Part shown: in pieces, positions 20,466 through 30,436 of the stretch
How the letters are laid out: each line of letters begins with the position of its first letter
How positions within the stretch are numbered: position 1 is the stretch's first letter
Source of the DNA: Planctomycetota bacterium
Lineage (GTDB): Bacteria; Planctomycetota; UBA11346
Length of the DNA: 64,000 nucleotides
Reading direction: 5' to 3'
Assembly (NCBI GenBank): GCA_038231435.1
Contig: JBBRLJ010000002.1
Span: forward strand, 96,001 to 160,000
Program-made: the position numbers and the translations under genes
Notes under the pieces: generated by a model
The model's database searches: none
Seen by the model: the letters and a program-made list of their open reading frames with translations, nothing else
Told to the model about the DNA's origin: nothing

Positions 20466-21947
20466 TCAGGCCAGTTCGACTTTGATATGTTTGCGATGCA
20501 GGTATTCGCCCATGGCGTCGCGCCCGAGTTCGACGCCGAAACCGCTGTTCTTCCAACCCTCGTATGGGGCGTAGGCGGTGTTGACGTTGACGTGATTGAC
20601 GCAGACCGTTCCGGCCTCCAGCTGTTCGCTGAGCTGCATGGTGCGCGCCAGATCCCTCGTGAAGAGGAAGGCGCACAGGCCGTAGTCGCTATCGTTAACC
20701 CAGCGGACCGCCTCCTCCAGATCGGTGTAGGCCATGAACGGCGCCACCGGTCCGAAGGTCTCGTCCCGCATCACCAGCATCTCGGGCGTGCAGCCGGCCA
20801 ACACGGTCGGCTGGTAGAAGTTGCCGGTGTCAGCACGTCCAGGCGGAGCGTCGCCTCCGCTGACCAAGCGCGCGCCCTTGCGCAACGCATCGGCGACATG
20901 CATCCGCACCTTGGCCAAGGCAGCCGCGGTGGTCATTGGTCCGAGATCGCTGTCCGGCGGCACCAGTCCATCGCCGATGGTCATGGCGCGGCCTTCGGCC
21001 GCGACCAGATCGACCAACCGATCGTGGATGCTGGCGTGGGCATAGATGCGGTTGATCGACGAGCAGCTCTGTCCCATGTTGCGAAACGCCTTGTAGGCGA
21101 TGGCCTTGGCCGCCGCTGGCAGGTCTGCGTCGGCGCAGACCACTGCCGGGCATTGGCCGCCCAGCTCCAACGTGATTTTCTTCAGCAGCGGGCCGGCGGC
21201 CTGCATGATCGCTTTGCCCGTGCTGGTGGAGCCGGTGAAGGCGACCTTGGCGACCTGACGATGCACCACCAGTGCGGTCCCCACCTGCACGTCGTCGCCC
21301 ACCAGGACATTGATCAGCCCCGGTGGCAGACCACCGTCGACCAACGCCTTGCAGAACGCGACCGGTGACAAGGGCGTCACGCAGTTCGGCTTTACCACGA
21401 CGCTGCATCCGGCCGCCAGGGCCGGTCCCAGTTTCCACGACAACAGGGCCACGGGATAGTTCCATGGTGTGATCGCGGCCACCACCCCGACGGGCTGACG
21501 GATCACCCAGGACCGTAGGGTCGCCTTCTCGGTCTGATTGATCTCGCCGGTGATGCGCGGAGCTTCGGCGGCATAAAAGTCGATGAGGTCGCACGCGCCG
21601 ATCACCTCGGCGCGCGACTGGACGAACGGTTTGCCCTGCTCCAATGCCATGAGACGACCGATGTCATCAGCCTTGGTGCGGGCATGGGCGGTGGCTTTGC
21701 GGATCACCGCCTCGCGCACATGAGCAGGGATCTTCGCCCAGGCACGCCAGGCGCGGTCCGCTGACTGCACGGCCGCCTCGATCTGTTCCGGGCTGGCCCA
21801 TGCGAACGTGCCCACCACGTCGCCGGTGGCTGGCGAGCGCACCTCTCCCTGACGCGTGCCGCTGCCCTCGGCAGCACGCCCATCGATGAGCAGCAAGGCG
21901 CGTGGCAGGGCATTGGCTGTGGCTGTAGAATGCGGAGCGGTTTGCAC
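20466..21947 (-). CDS. NAD-dependent aldehyde dehydrogenase (succinate-semialdehyde DH-like)
   Basis: ITPWNYP, FTGST, LELGG, GQSC, ETFGP. Confidence 0.92.
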   Translation of the reverse strand: MQTAPHSTATANALPRALLLIDGRAAEGSGTRQGEVRSPATGDVVGTFAWASPEQIEAAVQSADRAWRAWAKIPAHVREAVIRKATAHARTKADDIGRLMALEQGKPFVQSRAEVIGACDLIDFYAAEAPRITGEINQTEKATLRSWVIRQPVGVVAAITPWNYPVALLSWKLGPALAAGCSVVVKPNCVTPLSPVAFCKALVDGGLPPGLINVLVGDDVQVGTALVVHRQVAKVAFTGSTSTGKAIMQAAGPLLKKITLELGGQCPAVVCADADLPAAAKAIAYKAFRNMGQSCSSINRIYAHASIHDRLVDLVAAEGRAMTIGDGLVPPDSDLGPMTTAAALAKVRMHVADALRKGARLVSGGDAPPGRADTGNFYQPTVLAGCTPEMLVMRDETFGPVAPFMAYTDLEEAVRWVNDSDYGLCAFLFTRDLARTMQLSEQLEAGTVCVNHVNVNTAYAPYEGWKNSGFGVELGRDAMGEYLHRKHIKVELA

Positions 21948-21963
21948 GGTATGATCTCGGTGC

Positions 21964-23001
21964 TCAGACGGTGGGGGTGATGCAGACCTTGAGCGCGCTG
22001 CCTTTTTCCATCAGCGGGAAGGCGTCGGTCATCCGCTCCAGGGATAATTGGTGCGTGACCAGCTTGGCGGCGGGAAAACGTCCAGAGAATACCATGGCCT
22101 GTGCCGCCTCGAAATCGCTGGGCTTCTCGCTGTAGCTGCCGGAGACCAGCAGCTCCTTGTAGTGCAGGTGGTTGGTATTGAGCGTCGCCGTCGGCTTGGA
22201 CTTGGGCAGACCGCCGAAGAATTCCACGCGCGCGCCCTTGGCCGCCATCTCCAGCGCATCGGCCTGGGCCTGCGCGGCTCCCACGGCGACGATGACCACC
22301 GAAGGACCATAGCCATCGGTGAGGCGCTTGATCTCGTCGAGATGCGCCTGCTCCTTCACCGGGATGTAGTGATCGAAGCCGAAGCGCTTGCACAGCTCGA
22401 GGCGCTCGGTGCTGACATCGCAGAGGATCACCGTCCGCGCCCCGCGCTCGCGCGCGGCGACACCGTGCATGACGCCGATGGGACCGGCCCCCATCACCAC
22501 CACCTCATCGCGGAATCCGATGCTCATGCGCGAATGCGCGTTCAACACGCAGCCGAGCGGTTCGCAGATCGCCGCGTGCGTCGAGAGGACGTGGTCTGGA
22601 ACCTTGTAGAGCTGCCGCCGTCCCGCGGCGGGGATCTTCACGTACTGGGCGAACGCCCCGTCGTGCTGGTAGCTCATCGTGGTGCGCGTCAGGCAGAGGT
22701 TCGAGCGTCCATCGCGGCAGTACCGGCAGACGCCGCAGGCCATGACGATGAACATCACCACGCGGTCGCCGACCTGGACCGACGCATCGCTGGCGGCACT
22801 TTCCACCACGCGGCCGCAGAATTCGTGACCGAGGATGCGCGGCGGGGCGATCTTCGCATCGCCATGGCGGAAGGTGCGAAGGTCGACTCCGCACACGGTG
22901 ACCGCTTCGACCTGGACCAGCAGTTCGCCAGTGGTCAGCGTCGGTGTCGGGATCTCTTCGAGACGGAAGTCCTCTTTGGCGCGATAGACGACAGCGTGCA
23001 T
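21964..23001 (-). CDS. Zn-dependent alcohol/polyol dehydrogenase
   Basis: CGVD, GHE, CxxCxxC..C structural Zn site, GAGPIG. Confidence 0.92.
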   Translation of the reverse strand: MHAVVYRAKEDFRLEEIPTPTLTTGELLVQVEAVTVCGVDLRTFRHGDAKIAPPRILGHEFCGRVVESAASDASVQVGDRVVMFIVMACGVCRYCRDGRSNLCLTRTTMSYQHDGAFAQYVKIPAAGRRQLYKVPDHVLSTHAAICEPLGCVLNAHSRMSIGFRDEVVVMGAGPIGVMHGVAARERGARTVILCDVSTERLELCKRFGFDHYIPVKEQAHLDEIKRLTDGYGPSVVIVAVGAAQAQADALEMAAKGARVEFFGGLPKSKPTATLNTNHLHYKELLVSGSYSEKPSDFEAAQAMVFSGRFPAAKLVTHQLSLERMTDAFPLMEKGSALKVCITPTV

Positions 23002-23040
23002 GGGGTTCCAATGTCAGGTGGTGCGGGAGGCGATGGAGGT

Positions 23041-24519
23041 TCAGCTCATCCAGTTGCGAGCGGCGTTGGCCGTCCACTTGCGCGTGATCTTGCGCGTCTT
23101 GCTCCAGAAGCCGATGGCGTCTCGGCCCGTGATGTCGCCGATGCCGAATCGGCTATCATTCCAGCCGCCAAAGGCGAAGGGCTCGCGCGGCACCGGAACG
23201 CCGATGTTGATGCCGACCATGCCGGCACGGACGTGCTGTTCGAAATGCGCCGCAGCGGCGCCGGACGAGGTGAACAGCGCGGCGGCATTGCCGTAGGGCG
23301 ATGCATTTTCGAGCGCGATGGCCTGATCGAGGGTTTCGACCCGCAACACGCTCAGCACCGGTCCGAAGATCTCGTCGCGCACGCATTCGTGCTGGGCCTG
23401 GACGTCATCGATGATCGTCGGGCCGACGTAGCAGCCGTTGGGTTTGCCCTCTGCCACCGCGCCGCGTCCATCCGCCAGCAGAGTTGCGCCGCCGGCTGCC
23501 GCACGCTCGATGTAGCCGAGGATACGGGCACGGGCGCGCTGATTGATGATGGCACCGACATCGGTGCCGACGCGCGCCTTGGTCGCGATCTCGACCACGC
23601 CGCTCAGAATCCGCCGGCAATCGCCGACCAGGATGAGCACGCTGGCCGCCATGCAGCGTTGACCGGCGCAACCAAAGGCCGATGCCGCGATATTCTTGGC
23701 CGTCGCCTCCGGATCGGCGTCAGGCAGTACGACCAAATGATTCTTGGCGCCACCCAGGGCCAGCACGCGCTTGCCGTTGGCCGTGCCACGCTGGTGCACG
23801 GCCCGGGCCACTGGTGTGGATCCGACGAAAGCCGCGGCCTCGACGTGGGGGTGGTCGAGCAGTGCTTCGACTGTCGTGCGATCACCCTGCACGACATTGA
23901 AGACGCCATCGGGCAGGCCGGCGTCGTGCAGCAGCTCCGCCAGACGCACCGGCGTCAACGGCACCTGATCGCTGGGCTTGAGGATGAAGGTATTGCCGCA
24001 GGCGATGGCGAGCGGGAACATCCACATCGGCACCATCGCAGGGAAGTTGAAGGGCGTAATGCCGGCCACTACTCCGAGCGGATGTCGGCGCGTCTGGCAA
24101 TCGACGCCACCCGATACTTCCAGCACCTCGCCGGTGATCAGCTGCGGCATCGCCGTGGCGTACTCGACGACCTCCAGACCCTTGCGGATGCCGGCTTCGC
24201 TCTCGGCGAGGGTCTTGCCGCTCTCAGCCGTGACGATGCGCGCGAGGTCGGTGAGGTGGCGCTCGACCAGCTCCTTGAAGCGGAAGAGCGGCTGCACGCG
24301 CTCCTTCACCGGGGTCTGACCCCAGCTGGCGAAGGCAGCCTTGGCCTGGACCACCGCCGTCTCCACCTCGGCAGCGGTGGCGGCGGTCAGCGAGCCGAGC
24401 GACGTCCCATCGACTGGCGAGATCAATGCGCTCTGTGGGCCGCTCGTCGGCAACACCTTGCCACCCACCAGGGATACGGGGCGGGGCAGGGTCGCGGGCG
24501 CAAGCTGGGGCGTCGCCAT
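23041..24519 (-). CDS. mmsA: CoA-acylating (methyl)malonate-semialdehyde dehydrogenase (MmsA/IolA-like)
   Basis: PFNFPAMVPMW, FVGST, GGAKNH, AFGCAGQRCMA, GINIGVPVP. Confidence 0.9.
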   Translation of the reverse strand: MATPQLAPATLPRPVSLVGGKVLPTSGPQSALISPVDGTSLGSLTAATAAEVETAVVQAKAAFASWGQTPVKERVQPLFRFKELVERHLTDLARIVTAESGKTLAESEAGIRKGLEVVEYATAMPQLITGEVLEVSGGVDCQTRRHPLGVVAGITPFNFPAMVPMWMFPLAIACGNTFILKPSDQVPLTPVRLAELLHDAGLPDGVFNVVQGDRTTVEALLDHPHVEAAAFVGSTPVARAVHQRGTANGKRVLALGGAKNHLVVLPDADPEATAKNIAASAFGCAGQRCMAASVLILVGDCRRILSGVVEIATKARVGTDVGAIINQRARARILGYIERAAAGGATLLADGRGAVAEGKPNGCYVGPTIIDDVQAQHECVRDEIFGPVLSVLRVETLDQAIALENASPYGNAAALFTSSGAAAAHFEQHVRAGMVGINIGVPVPREPFAFGGWNDSRFGIGDITGRDAIGFWSKTRKITRKWTANAARNWMS

Positions 24520-24546
24520 GGTCAGGTCCTTTCCGGACGATGGCTG

Positions 24547-24574
24547 GTTGTACGGTGGCTTAGCCACCGGTCAA
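24547..24574 (-). promoter_or_regulatory. sigma70-type promoter with palindromic operator in the spacer
   Basis: minus strand TTGACC-16 nt-TACAAC; perfect inverted repeat CGGTGGCT-t-AGCCACCG at 24553-24569. Confidence 0.6.
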
Positions 24575-24692
24575 TGACAGAGTTGTTTTCGGGGTATTTG
24601 CCACATTAATCCATTTTAAAGGGCCATAGTGATATATCCTTGAAGCCACTCGACCATCTTGCTCGCTGGATAGGCCACGCTAGGCTGCGTGC

Positions 24693-25460
24693 ATGGATGA
24701 CGTCCTGATTCGCGCTCCGGTCTATCAACAGCTCAATCAGGTGCTCCGCTCGCTGGTCACCTCCGCCGAATTCGATCCCGGTCAGCGCTTCCTGACCGAG
24801 CGCGAGATCGCCGCGCGCTTCTCGGTGAGCCGGGCGACCGCGAACAAGGCGCTCTCCAACCTGGTCTCGGAGGGCGTGCTGGAATTCCGCAAGGGCATGG
24901 GCACCTACCTGCGCCAGCAACCCATCAGCTCCGATCTCGGTGCCCTGGTCAGCTTCACCGACCGTGCCCAGGTCGCCGGCAAGCAGCCGGAGACCATCGT
25001 CCTGAGCCTCACCGAGACCGACAGCGCCCCGGAGGACATCACCACCGCGCTCGCCGTGCCGGCCAACGCCCGGGTCTGGGCCATTGAACGCTTGCGCCTG
25101 GCCGACCGCCAGCCGCTCATCCTCGAGCACCGCTGGGTGCCGGTGCAGATGATGCCTGAGGTGAACACCGACGATCTCTGCGGTTCGATCTACCAGCTGT
25201 GGACCGGGCGCCTGCGCCTGACCATCAGCGGTTGCAAGCAGACCATCTCCGCGGTCGCGCTCAGCGCGAGAGAATCACAGCATCTTGCCGTCGCCTGCGG
25301 GACAGCGGCCCTGCAGGTGTACGGCATCGGATATCTTGCCGACGGAAAACCGCTGTGGGTCGAACGCACGCTGTATCGCGGCGACGGCTTCGTCTTCAGC
25401 AACGTGCTTGGCCGGGCACCTGGCACCGGCGCTGCGGGAATACGGTCGCTCATCGCGTGA
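24693..25460 (+). CDS. GntR (HutC/UTRA) family transcriptional regulator
   Basis: TEREIAARFSVSRAT..KAL..L..EG...RKGMGTY; UTRA C-domain ending YRGD. Confidence 0.93.
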   Translation: MDDVLIRAPVYQQLNQVLRSLVTSAEFDPGQRFLTEREIAARFSVSRATANKALSNLVSEGVLEFRKGMGTYLRQQPISSDLGALVSFTDRAQVAGKQPETIVLSLTETDSAPEDITTALAVPANARVWAIERLRLADRQPLILEHRWVPVQMMPEVNTDDLCGSIYQLWTGRLRLTISGCKQTISAVALSARESQHLAVACGTAALQVYGIGYLADGKPLWVERTLYRGDGFVFSNVLGRAPGTGAAGIRSLIA

Positions 25461-25704
25461 GCGGCTCGCCAGTCCGACGACACCTGGCATCCAGTCACGA
25501 GTCGAGGACGGACGACGATAGCCCATCCGATGGGTCGGATGACCGCTCATTCTGGTCAGAAAAAGCTTCATTCGCCGGGACTGCACCAGAAAACGTCAGC
25601 CTCGGAGACGGTGCGCCGCGCGATCATTGCGTGCTAATGCGGCGTTCCGCGTCCTAGTCGGTCGTCCGCTGGCATCGATCGCCGTAGCGGATACGGCTAT
25701 CCGC

Positions 25705-27387
25705 ATGACCTCGATCCCTGCCTCTCCCGCCCTCGTTTCCGGCGATCTCGATCCGCGCACCCGCCGCTTCCTCCATCCGACGCGCATCGTGTGGCAGAGC
25801 CCGGCGCCGGCCGCCCCGGAGAACGCCGCCCACCTGCTGCGCGCGAACATCCACCAGGCGGTCGCGTGGAAGACCCCCTGCTGCACGTTGCGCCGCTCGG
25901 GCGCAATCTGCGGGCTGGTCCTCGATTTCGGCAAGGAGCTCTACGGCGGCCTGCGCCTGGTGATCGGCGCCACTCCCGACAACAAGCCGGTGCGGTTGCG
26001 CATCCGTTTCGGCGAATCGGTGGCCGAGGCGATGGCCGAACCGTTCCCGATCCATGGCCACGCCGTCCACGACGATGCCGTCCTGGTCCCGTGGTTCGGT
26101 TCGCACGAGTTCGGCTCGACCGGCTTCCGCTTCGCGCGCATCGACGTGATGGACGAGGGGGCGTGGGTCGAGCTGGTGAGCGTGCGCGCGGTCTCGTACC
26201 TGCGCGATGTGCCCCGTCTCGGCTCGTTCCGCTGCGACGACGAGCGCATCAACCGCGTCTGGGAAACCGGCGCGGATACCGTGCACCTGTGCATGCAGGA
26301 CATGCTCTGGGACGGCATCAAGCGCGACCGCCTGGTGTGGATCGGCGACACCCACCCCGAGTCGATGGTCATCTCGACGGTGTTCGGCGGACACCCGATC
26401 GTGCGCGAATGCCTCGACTTCGTGCGTGATCAGACCCCCCTGCCCGGCTGGATGCACGGCATCAGCTCGTACTCGCTGTGGTGGATCCTCATCCACCGCG
26501 ACTGGTACGCCTACCACGGCGATCTCGCCTACCTGCGCGAACAGCGCGCCTACCTGGTCGAGCTGCTCGCCTTCGTGATATCGAAGATCGACGCCGACGG
26601 GCGCGAGACGCTCGACGGCTTCCGTTTCCTCGATTGGCCATCGAGCCCCGACCAGGCCGCGGTCCACGCCGGGCTGCAGAGCCTGATGGTGCTGGCGCTC
26701 GAGACCGGCGCGCATCTGTGCGCGGTGCTCAACGACGGCGCGATGAGCGCGCGCTGCGCCGAGGCGGTCGCGCGCCTGAAGCGCCATGTCCCCGAAGCCA
26801 GCCCGACGAAACAGGCCAACGCGCTGACCGTGCTTGCCGAACTCGCCGACGCGAAGGCGATCAACCAGGCGGTGCTCGCGCGCGCGCCGCTCTCCGGACT
26901 GTCGACGTTCTACGGCTACTACGTGCTGCAGGCGCGCGCACGCGCGGGCGACCACGCCGGCTGCTTGGACGCGATCCGCTCGTTCTGGGGCGGCATGCTC
27001 GATCTCGGCGCGACCTCCTTCTGGGAGGATTTCAATCTCGACTGGACGGCCAACGCCGGGCGCATCGACGAGCCGGTACCCCCCGGCATGAAGGACATCC
27101 ACGGCGACTTCGGCGATTTCTGCTACAAGGGCTTCCGTCACAGCCTGTGTCACGGCTGGGCGGCCGGCCCCACCGCGTGGCTGTCCGAGCACGTACTCGG
27201 CATCACTCCGGCGACCCCCGGCTTCGAGACCGTGCGCGTCCGTCCGCGCCTCGGGGGCCTGCGCTGGGCCGAGGGCACCTTCCCTACGCCGCGTGGGGTG
27301 GTGACGGTGCGGCACGAGCTGTCCGCGGACGGCAGCGTGCGTTCGACCGTCGACGCGCCGCCCGGGATGCGCGTGCGGCGCGAGTGA
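25705..27387 (+). CDS. alpha-L-rhamnosidase-like glycoside hydrolase (GH78)
   Basis: LDFGKE, GFRF, DGIKRDRLVWIGD, GATSFWE, SLCHGW, PTPRG. Confidence 0.88.
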   Translation: MTSIPASPALVSGDLDPRTRRFLHPTRIVWQSPAPAAPENAAHLLRANIHQAVAWKTPCCTLRRSGAICGLVLDFGKELYGGLRLVIGATPDNKPVRLRIRFGESVAEAMAEPFPIHGHAVHDDAVLVPWFGSHEFGSTGFRFARIDVMDEGAWVELVSVRAVSYLRDVPRLGSFRCDDERINRVWETGADTVHLCMQDMLWDGIKRDRLVWIGDTHPESMVISTVFGGHPIVRECLDFVRDQTPLPGWMHGISSYSLWWILIHRDWYAYHGDLAYLREQRAYLVELLAFVISKIDADGRETLDGFRFLDWPSSPDQAAVHAGLQSLMVLALETGAHLCAVLNDGAMSARCAEAVARLKRHVPEASPTKQANALTVLAELADAKAINQAVLARAPLSGLSTFYGYYVLQARARAGDHAGCLDAIRSFWGGMLDLGATSFWEDFNLDWTANAGRIDEPVPPGMKDIHGDFGDFCYKGFRHSLCHGWAAGPTAWLSEHVLGITPATPGFETVRVRPRLGGLRWAEGTFPTPRGVVTVRHELSADGSVRSTVDAPPGMRVRRE

Positions 27388-27391
27388 CCGC

Positions 27392-29497
27392 TCAGCGTTC
27401 GCCGGCGAGCAGCGCGATGCGCCAGCGTTTCGGCGCAACCACCGCGCGCTGTCCGTCGGCCGCGCTGGTGAGCGTGATCGTCGTGCCCGAGATCAGATCG
27501 GTGACCGCGCCTGAGAAGAAACCCGGACGGAAGCGCAGCTCGGCATCGGCGACACCCTCGGGATAGAAGACGAAGACCAGGCGCGTACTTCCGGACAGTC
27601 CGTGCTTGAGATAGATGAAGGCGTCCTTGGTCGGGACCGGGCGCAGCGCCTCGACGTCGGGCTTCCAGCCGCTCGCGCGCGCGGTCTCGGCGACGAAGCG
27701 CTCGAAGCCCTCGCCGCGTTCGTGGTGGTAGGCCTCGCCGAAGTAGGAGCCGCACAAGACCACCTTGCCACGACCGACGCCGATCTCGGCGAGCAGCGCG
27801 CCATCGCCTGATGTCGCGCGCACGCGTGTCGAGGCATCCACCTTCATGCGCCACGGGGTGGTCCACTGGCGCAGGCCCAGGCGGTAGGCGCCATCGACCT
27901 CGGTGCTGGTGGCGTCGAGCGCGCGCCGGCCAACCTCGACGCAGCCGGTGAGGCGCGCGATGAAGCGCTCGGCGGGATAGCGGTGCAGCCCGGCCGAATC
28001 GAACGCGCCACACTCGGATTCGACCACCAGCGTGCCGCCGCCGCGGACGAACGCCTCGAGCTTGGCGGCGGTCGCATCGTCGATCACCAGGGCGCGCGGC
28101 ATGAACAACAGTTTGAGGTCGCCGATGTCGTCGAGGTGCTCCTCCTCGATCGCACGATATGGGATCGACATGCGCACCAGCGCGCGCGAATAGCCGCGCA
28201 GCGCCTCGGTCGGGAAGCCGCCGTGGCCCTCTTGGCACCAGCTCAGGTAGCCGCTCTGCGGGCTGAACCATACGCCGATCTCGGGCCGCGACGGCTTGTA
28301 CGCCGAGATCAGCGCGCGGTGGCGATCGAGCAGTGCGCCAGACTCCTTCATCGCCGCGAGCCGCGGCCCGGCCATGCCGTCGTCGCCGCACAGGCCGAAG
28401 CCCGCGGACTCGGTGCCGAAGACCTCGTCGCGCCAGCACCAGAACAGCAGCATGTCAGCGCCGCACGCCACGCCGTTCCACACCCAGCGCTGCTGCGAAT
28501 CCGGATCCACCGGCAGGTGCACGGCGTTGCCGTGCGAGGCGCGGCCGCCCTGGATCTCGCTCAGCCACACCTTCTTCTCACGCGCCGCCGAACGCACCAG
28601 CTCGATGCGCATGCCGAAATCGGCGTCGTCGATGTTCTGCCACTTGGGGAAGCTCGAACAGCCGATGCCGTCGAGATGGTCGGCCATCGCCCAGTCGTTG
28701 CCGCGGTTGAACGCGGTCTCGCGGCCCCAGCCGCTGAAGAACGCGGTGGGGCTGTCGCCGTGCACGGTCACCGGCAGGCGCGGGCAGATGGCCTTGATGA
28801 GATCGTAACGCTTGCGCGCGTGGCCGCTGGCGCGGCAGGTCAGGAAGTGCTGGAAGGCCATCATCTCGGTGAAGGGCAGCTGCGGGAAGCGCCCGGGCTC
28901 GACATCTTCCCAGCTGGAATAGCGGCGCGTCCAGTCTCGGTTCAGGCCGTCGAGCCCGCCATGGCGCTCGTCCAGCCAAGCCTTGTACGCGGCGATGGTG
29001 TGCGCGCAGTAGCAGACCTTGCCGGTGGCGTTGACATTCCAGCGCAGCTCGTTCCACGCGTCCCAACCGCGCAGGTGCGGCACCGAGCCGTAGCGTTCGG
29101 CGGTGGCGCGCAGGAAAGCGCTCATGCGTGCCCACGCCCCGGGATGATCGGTGCATGCGCCCGGCGTCAGTCCGAAGTGGCACTCGCCGCGGTTGGTCGA
29201 AACCACCGTGTGGCCGTGGTCGTCGATCATCTCGCTGCCGGGAACCTCGCGGTGGATCCAGTACGGCTGGATCTCGGCGATGGTGCTGAGCACCACGCCC
29301 AGGCCGTTCTTGGCGGCGAGCTCGATCAGCCGGTCGTAGTCGCCGAAATCGAAGACCCCGGGCTTGGATTCGACCCAAGCCCACAGCACCCACAGCTGCA
29401 CGGTGTCCAGCCCCGAGGCCTTGATGCGGGCGAAGTCGTCGGCCCAGAAACGCTCGTTGGGGAATGGGGCACGGTAGTACTGCACGCCGATGCGCAT
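27392..29497 (-). CDS. beta-galactosidase-like glycoside hydrolase (GH42)
   Basis: GVQYY, W..VE..PG.FDF, WNE acid/base, CYC, SEIQGG nucleophile, trimerisation-like C-domain. Confidence 0.85.
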   Translation of the reverse strand: MRIGVQYYRAPFPNERFWADDFARIKASGLDTVQLWVLWAWVESKPGVFDFGDYDRLIELAAKNGLGVVLSTIAEIQPYWIHREVPGSEMIDDHGHTVVSTNRGECHFGLTPGACTDHPGAWARMSAFLRATAERYGSVPHLRGWDAWNELRWNVNATGKVCYCAHTIAAYKAWLDERHGGLDGLNRDWTRRYSSWEDVEPGRFPQLPFTEMMAFQHFLTCRASGHARKRYDLIKAICPRLPVTVHGDSPTAFFSGWGRETAFNRGNDWAMADHLDGIGCSSFPKWQNIDDADFGMRIELVRSAAREKKVWLSEIQGGRASHGNAVHLPVDPDSQQRWVWNGVACGADMLLFWCWRDEVFGTESAGFGLCGDDGMAGPRLAAMKESGALLDRHRALISAYKPSRPEIGVWFSPQSGYLSWCQEGHGGFPTEALRGYSRALVRMSIPYRAIEEEHLDDIGDLKLLFMPRALVIDDATAAKLEAFVRGGGTLVVESECGAFDSAGLHRYPAERFIARLTGCVEVGRRALDATSTEVDGAYRLGLRQWTTPWRMKVDASTRVRATSGDGALLAEIGVGRGKVVLCGSYFGEAYHHERGEGFERFVAETARASGWKPDVEALRPVPTKDAFIYLKHGLSGSTRLVFVFYPEGVADAELRFRPGFFSGAVTDLISGTTITLTSAADGQRAVVAPKRWRIALLAGER

Positions 29498-29623
29498 GGG
29501 GACCTCGGCCCGGAGCATGGCGCGCGCTGCCGGGCATGGGAATGCCCGATCCGTCGCCGCCATGCCCGAAGCGAGCAGCCGATCACGCGACCGGGCCTTA
29601 CCGCGCCTGCGGACGTGCGTCGC

Positions 29624-30436
29624 TCAGCCGTGCGCATCCATGCGGGCCTTCGCCCGCGCATGGCTGGCGAAGAGAGCGTGCGAACGGCCGAGCTCATCGA
29701 GCGGATCGGCGCCAGGCACGTATTCGTGGCCCCAGTATCCGGCGTAACCGGCCGCATGGATGGCCGAGACCAGGCGCGCGTAGTCGATCTCCTGGCGACC
29801 AGCCGCCATGGGCCCGGGGAAATCCCGCTTCGGGCTGCCGGCGATGTGGATGTGGCCGATCCAGGGCAGATTGCCCACGACATCAGCCAGCACATCGTCG
29901 CCCATGCGGTGCAGGTGGTAGATGTCGTAGAGCAGCTTCACCGAAGGCGAAGCGACGCGCCGCACCGCAGCCAGCCCGTAGGCCGAGCGGTGGGCGTGCT
30001 GGTCGGGATGATCATGCACGTTCAGCGGCTCGAGCAGCAGCGTGATGCCCGCGCGCGCCGCGTCCGGCGCGAGCGCGGCCAAACCCTCGGCGCAGGCGTC
30101 GATGCCGGCCGCGTCGGAGAGCCCGCGCGCCTGTCCACTGAAGACGATGACATTGGCGATACGGTCGGCTGCGGCTTCGGCGATCGCGGCGCGGATCCCT
30201 TCCAACAGCTGCGGATGGTGCTCGCGGCGGTTCAGGCCATCGTCCATGCCCGGACCGCCGTGCGTGACCAGCTCGAGCCCCGCGGCGCGAGCGGCGGCGC
30301 GATTTTCGCGCTCGACCATCTCGACCCCGGTGTAGCCGATCGCGCGCATGCGGCGGTAGAGGTCGGCCGGCTCCATGCCTTGGCGAAGGAAGCACCAGTC
30401 GGCGGCGGATTGGCGGAGGTTCCGTGGCGAGTTCAT
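29624..30436 (-). CDS. hydroxypyruvate isomerase-like TIM-barrel protein
   Basis: LLEPLN..DH, KLLYDIYH, HIHIAG, GHEY; ATGA overlap with upstream dehydrogenase. Confidence 0.88.
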   Translation of the reverse strand: MNSPRNLRQSAADWCFLRQGMEPADLYRRMRAIGYTGVEMVERENRAAARAAGLELVTHGGPGMDDGLNRREHHPQLLEGIRAAIAEAAADRIANVIVFSGQARGLSDAAGIDACAEGLAALAPDAARAGITLLLEPLNVHDHPDQHAHRSAYGLAAVRRVASPSVKLLYDIYHLHRMGDDVLADVVGNLPWIGHIHIAGSPKRDFPGPMAAGRQEIDYARLVSAIHAAGYAGYWGHEYVPGADPLDELGRSHALFASHARAKARMDAHG

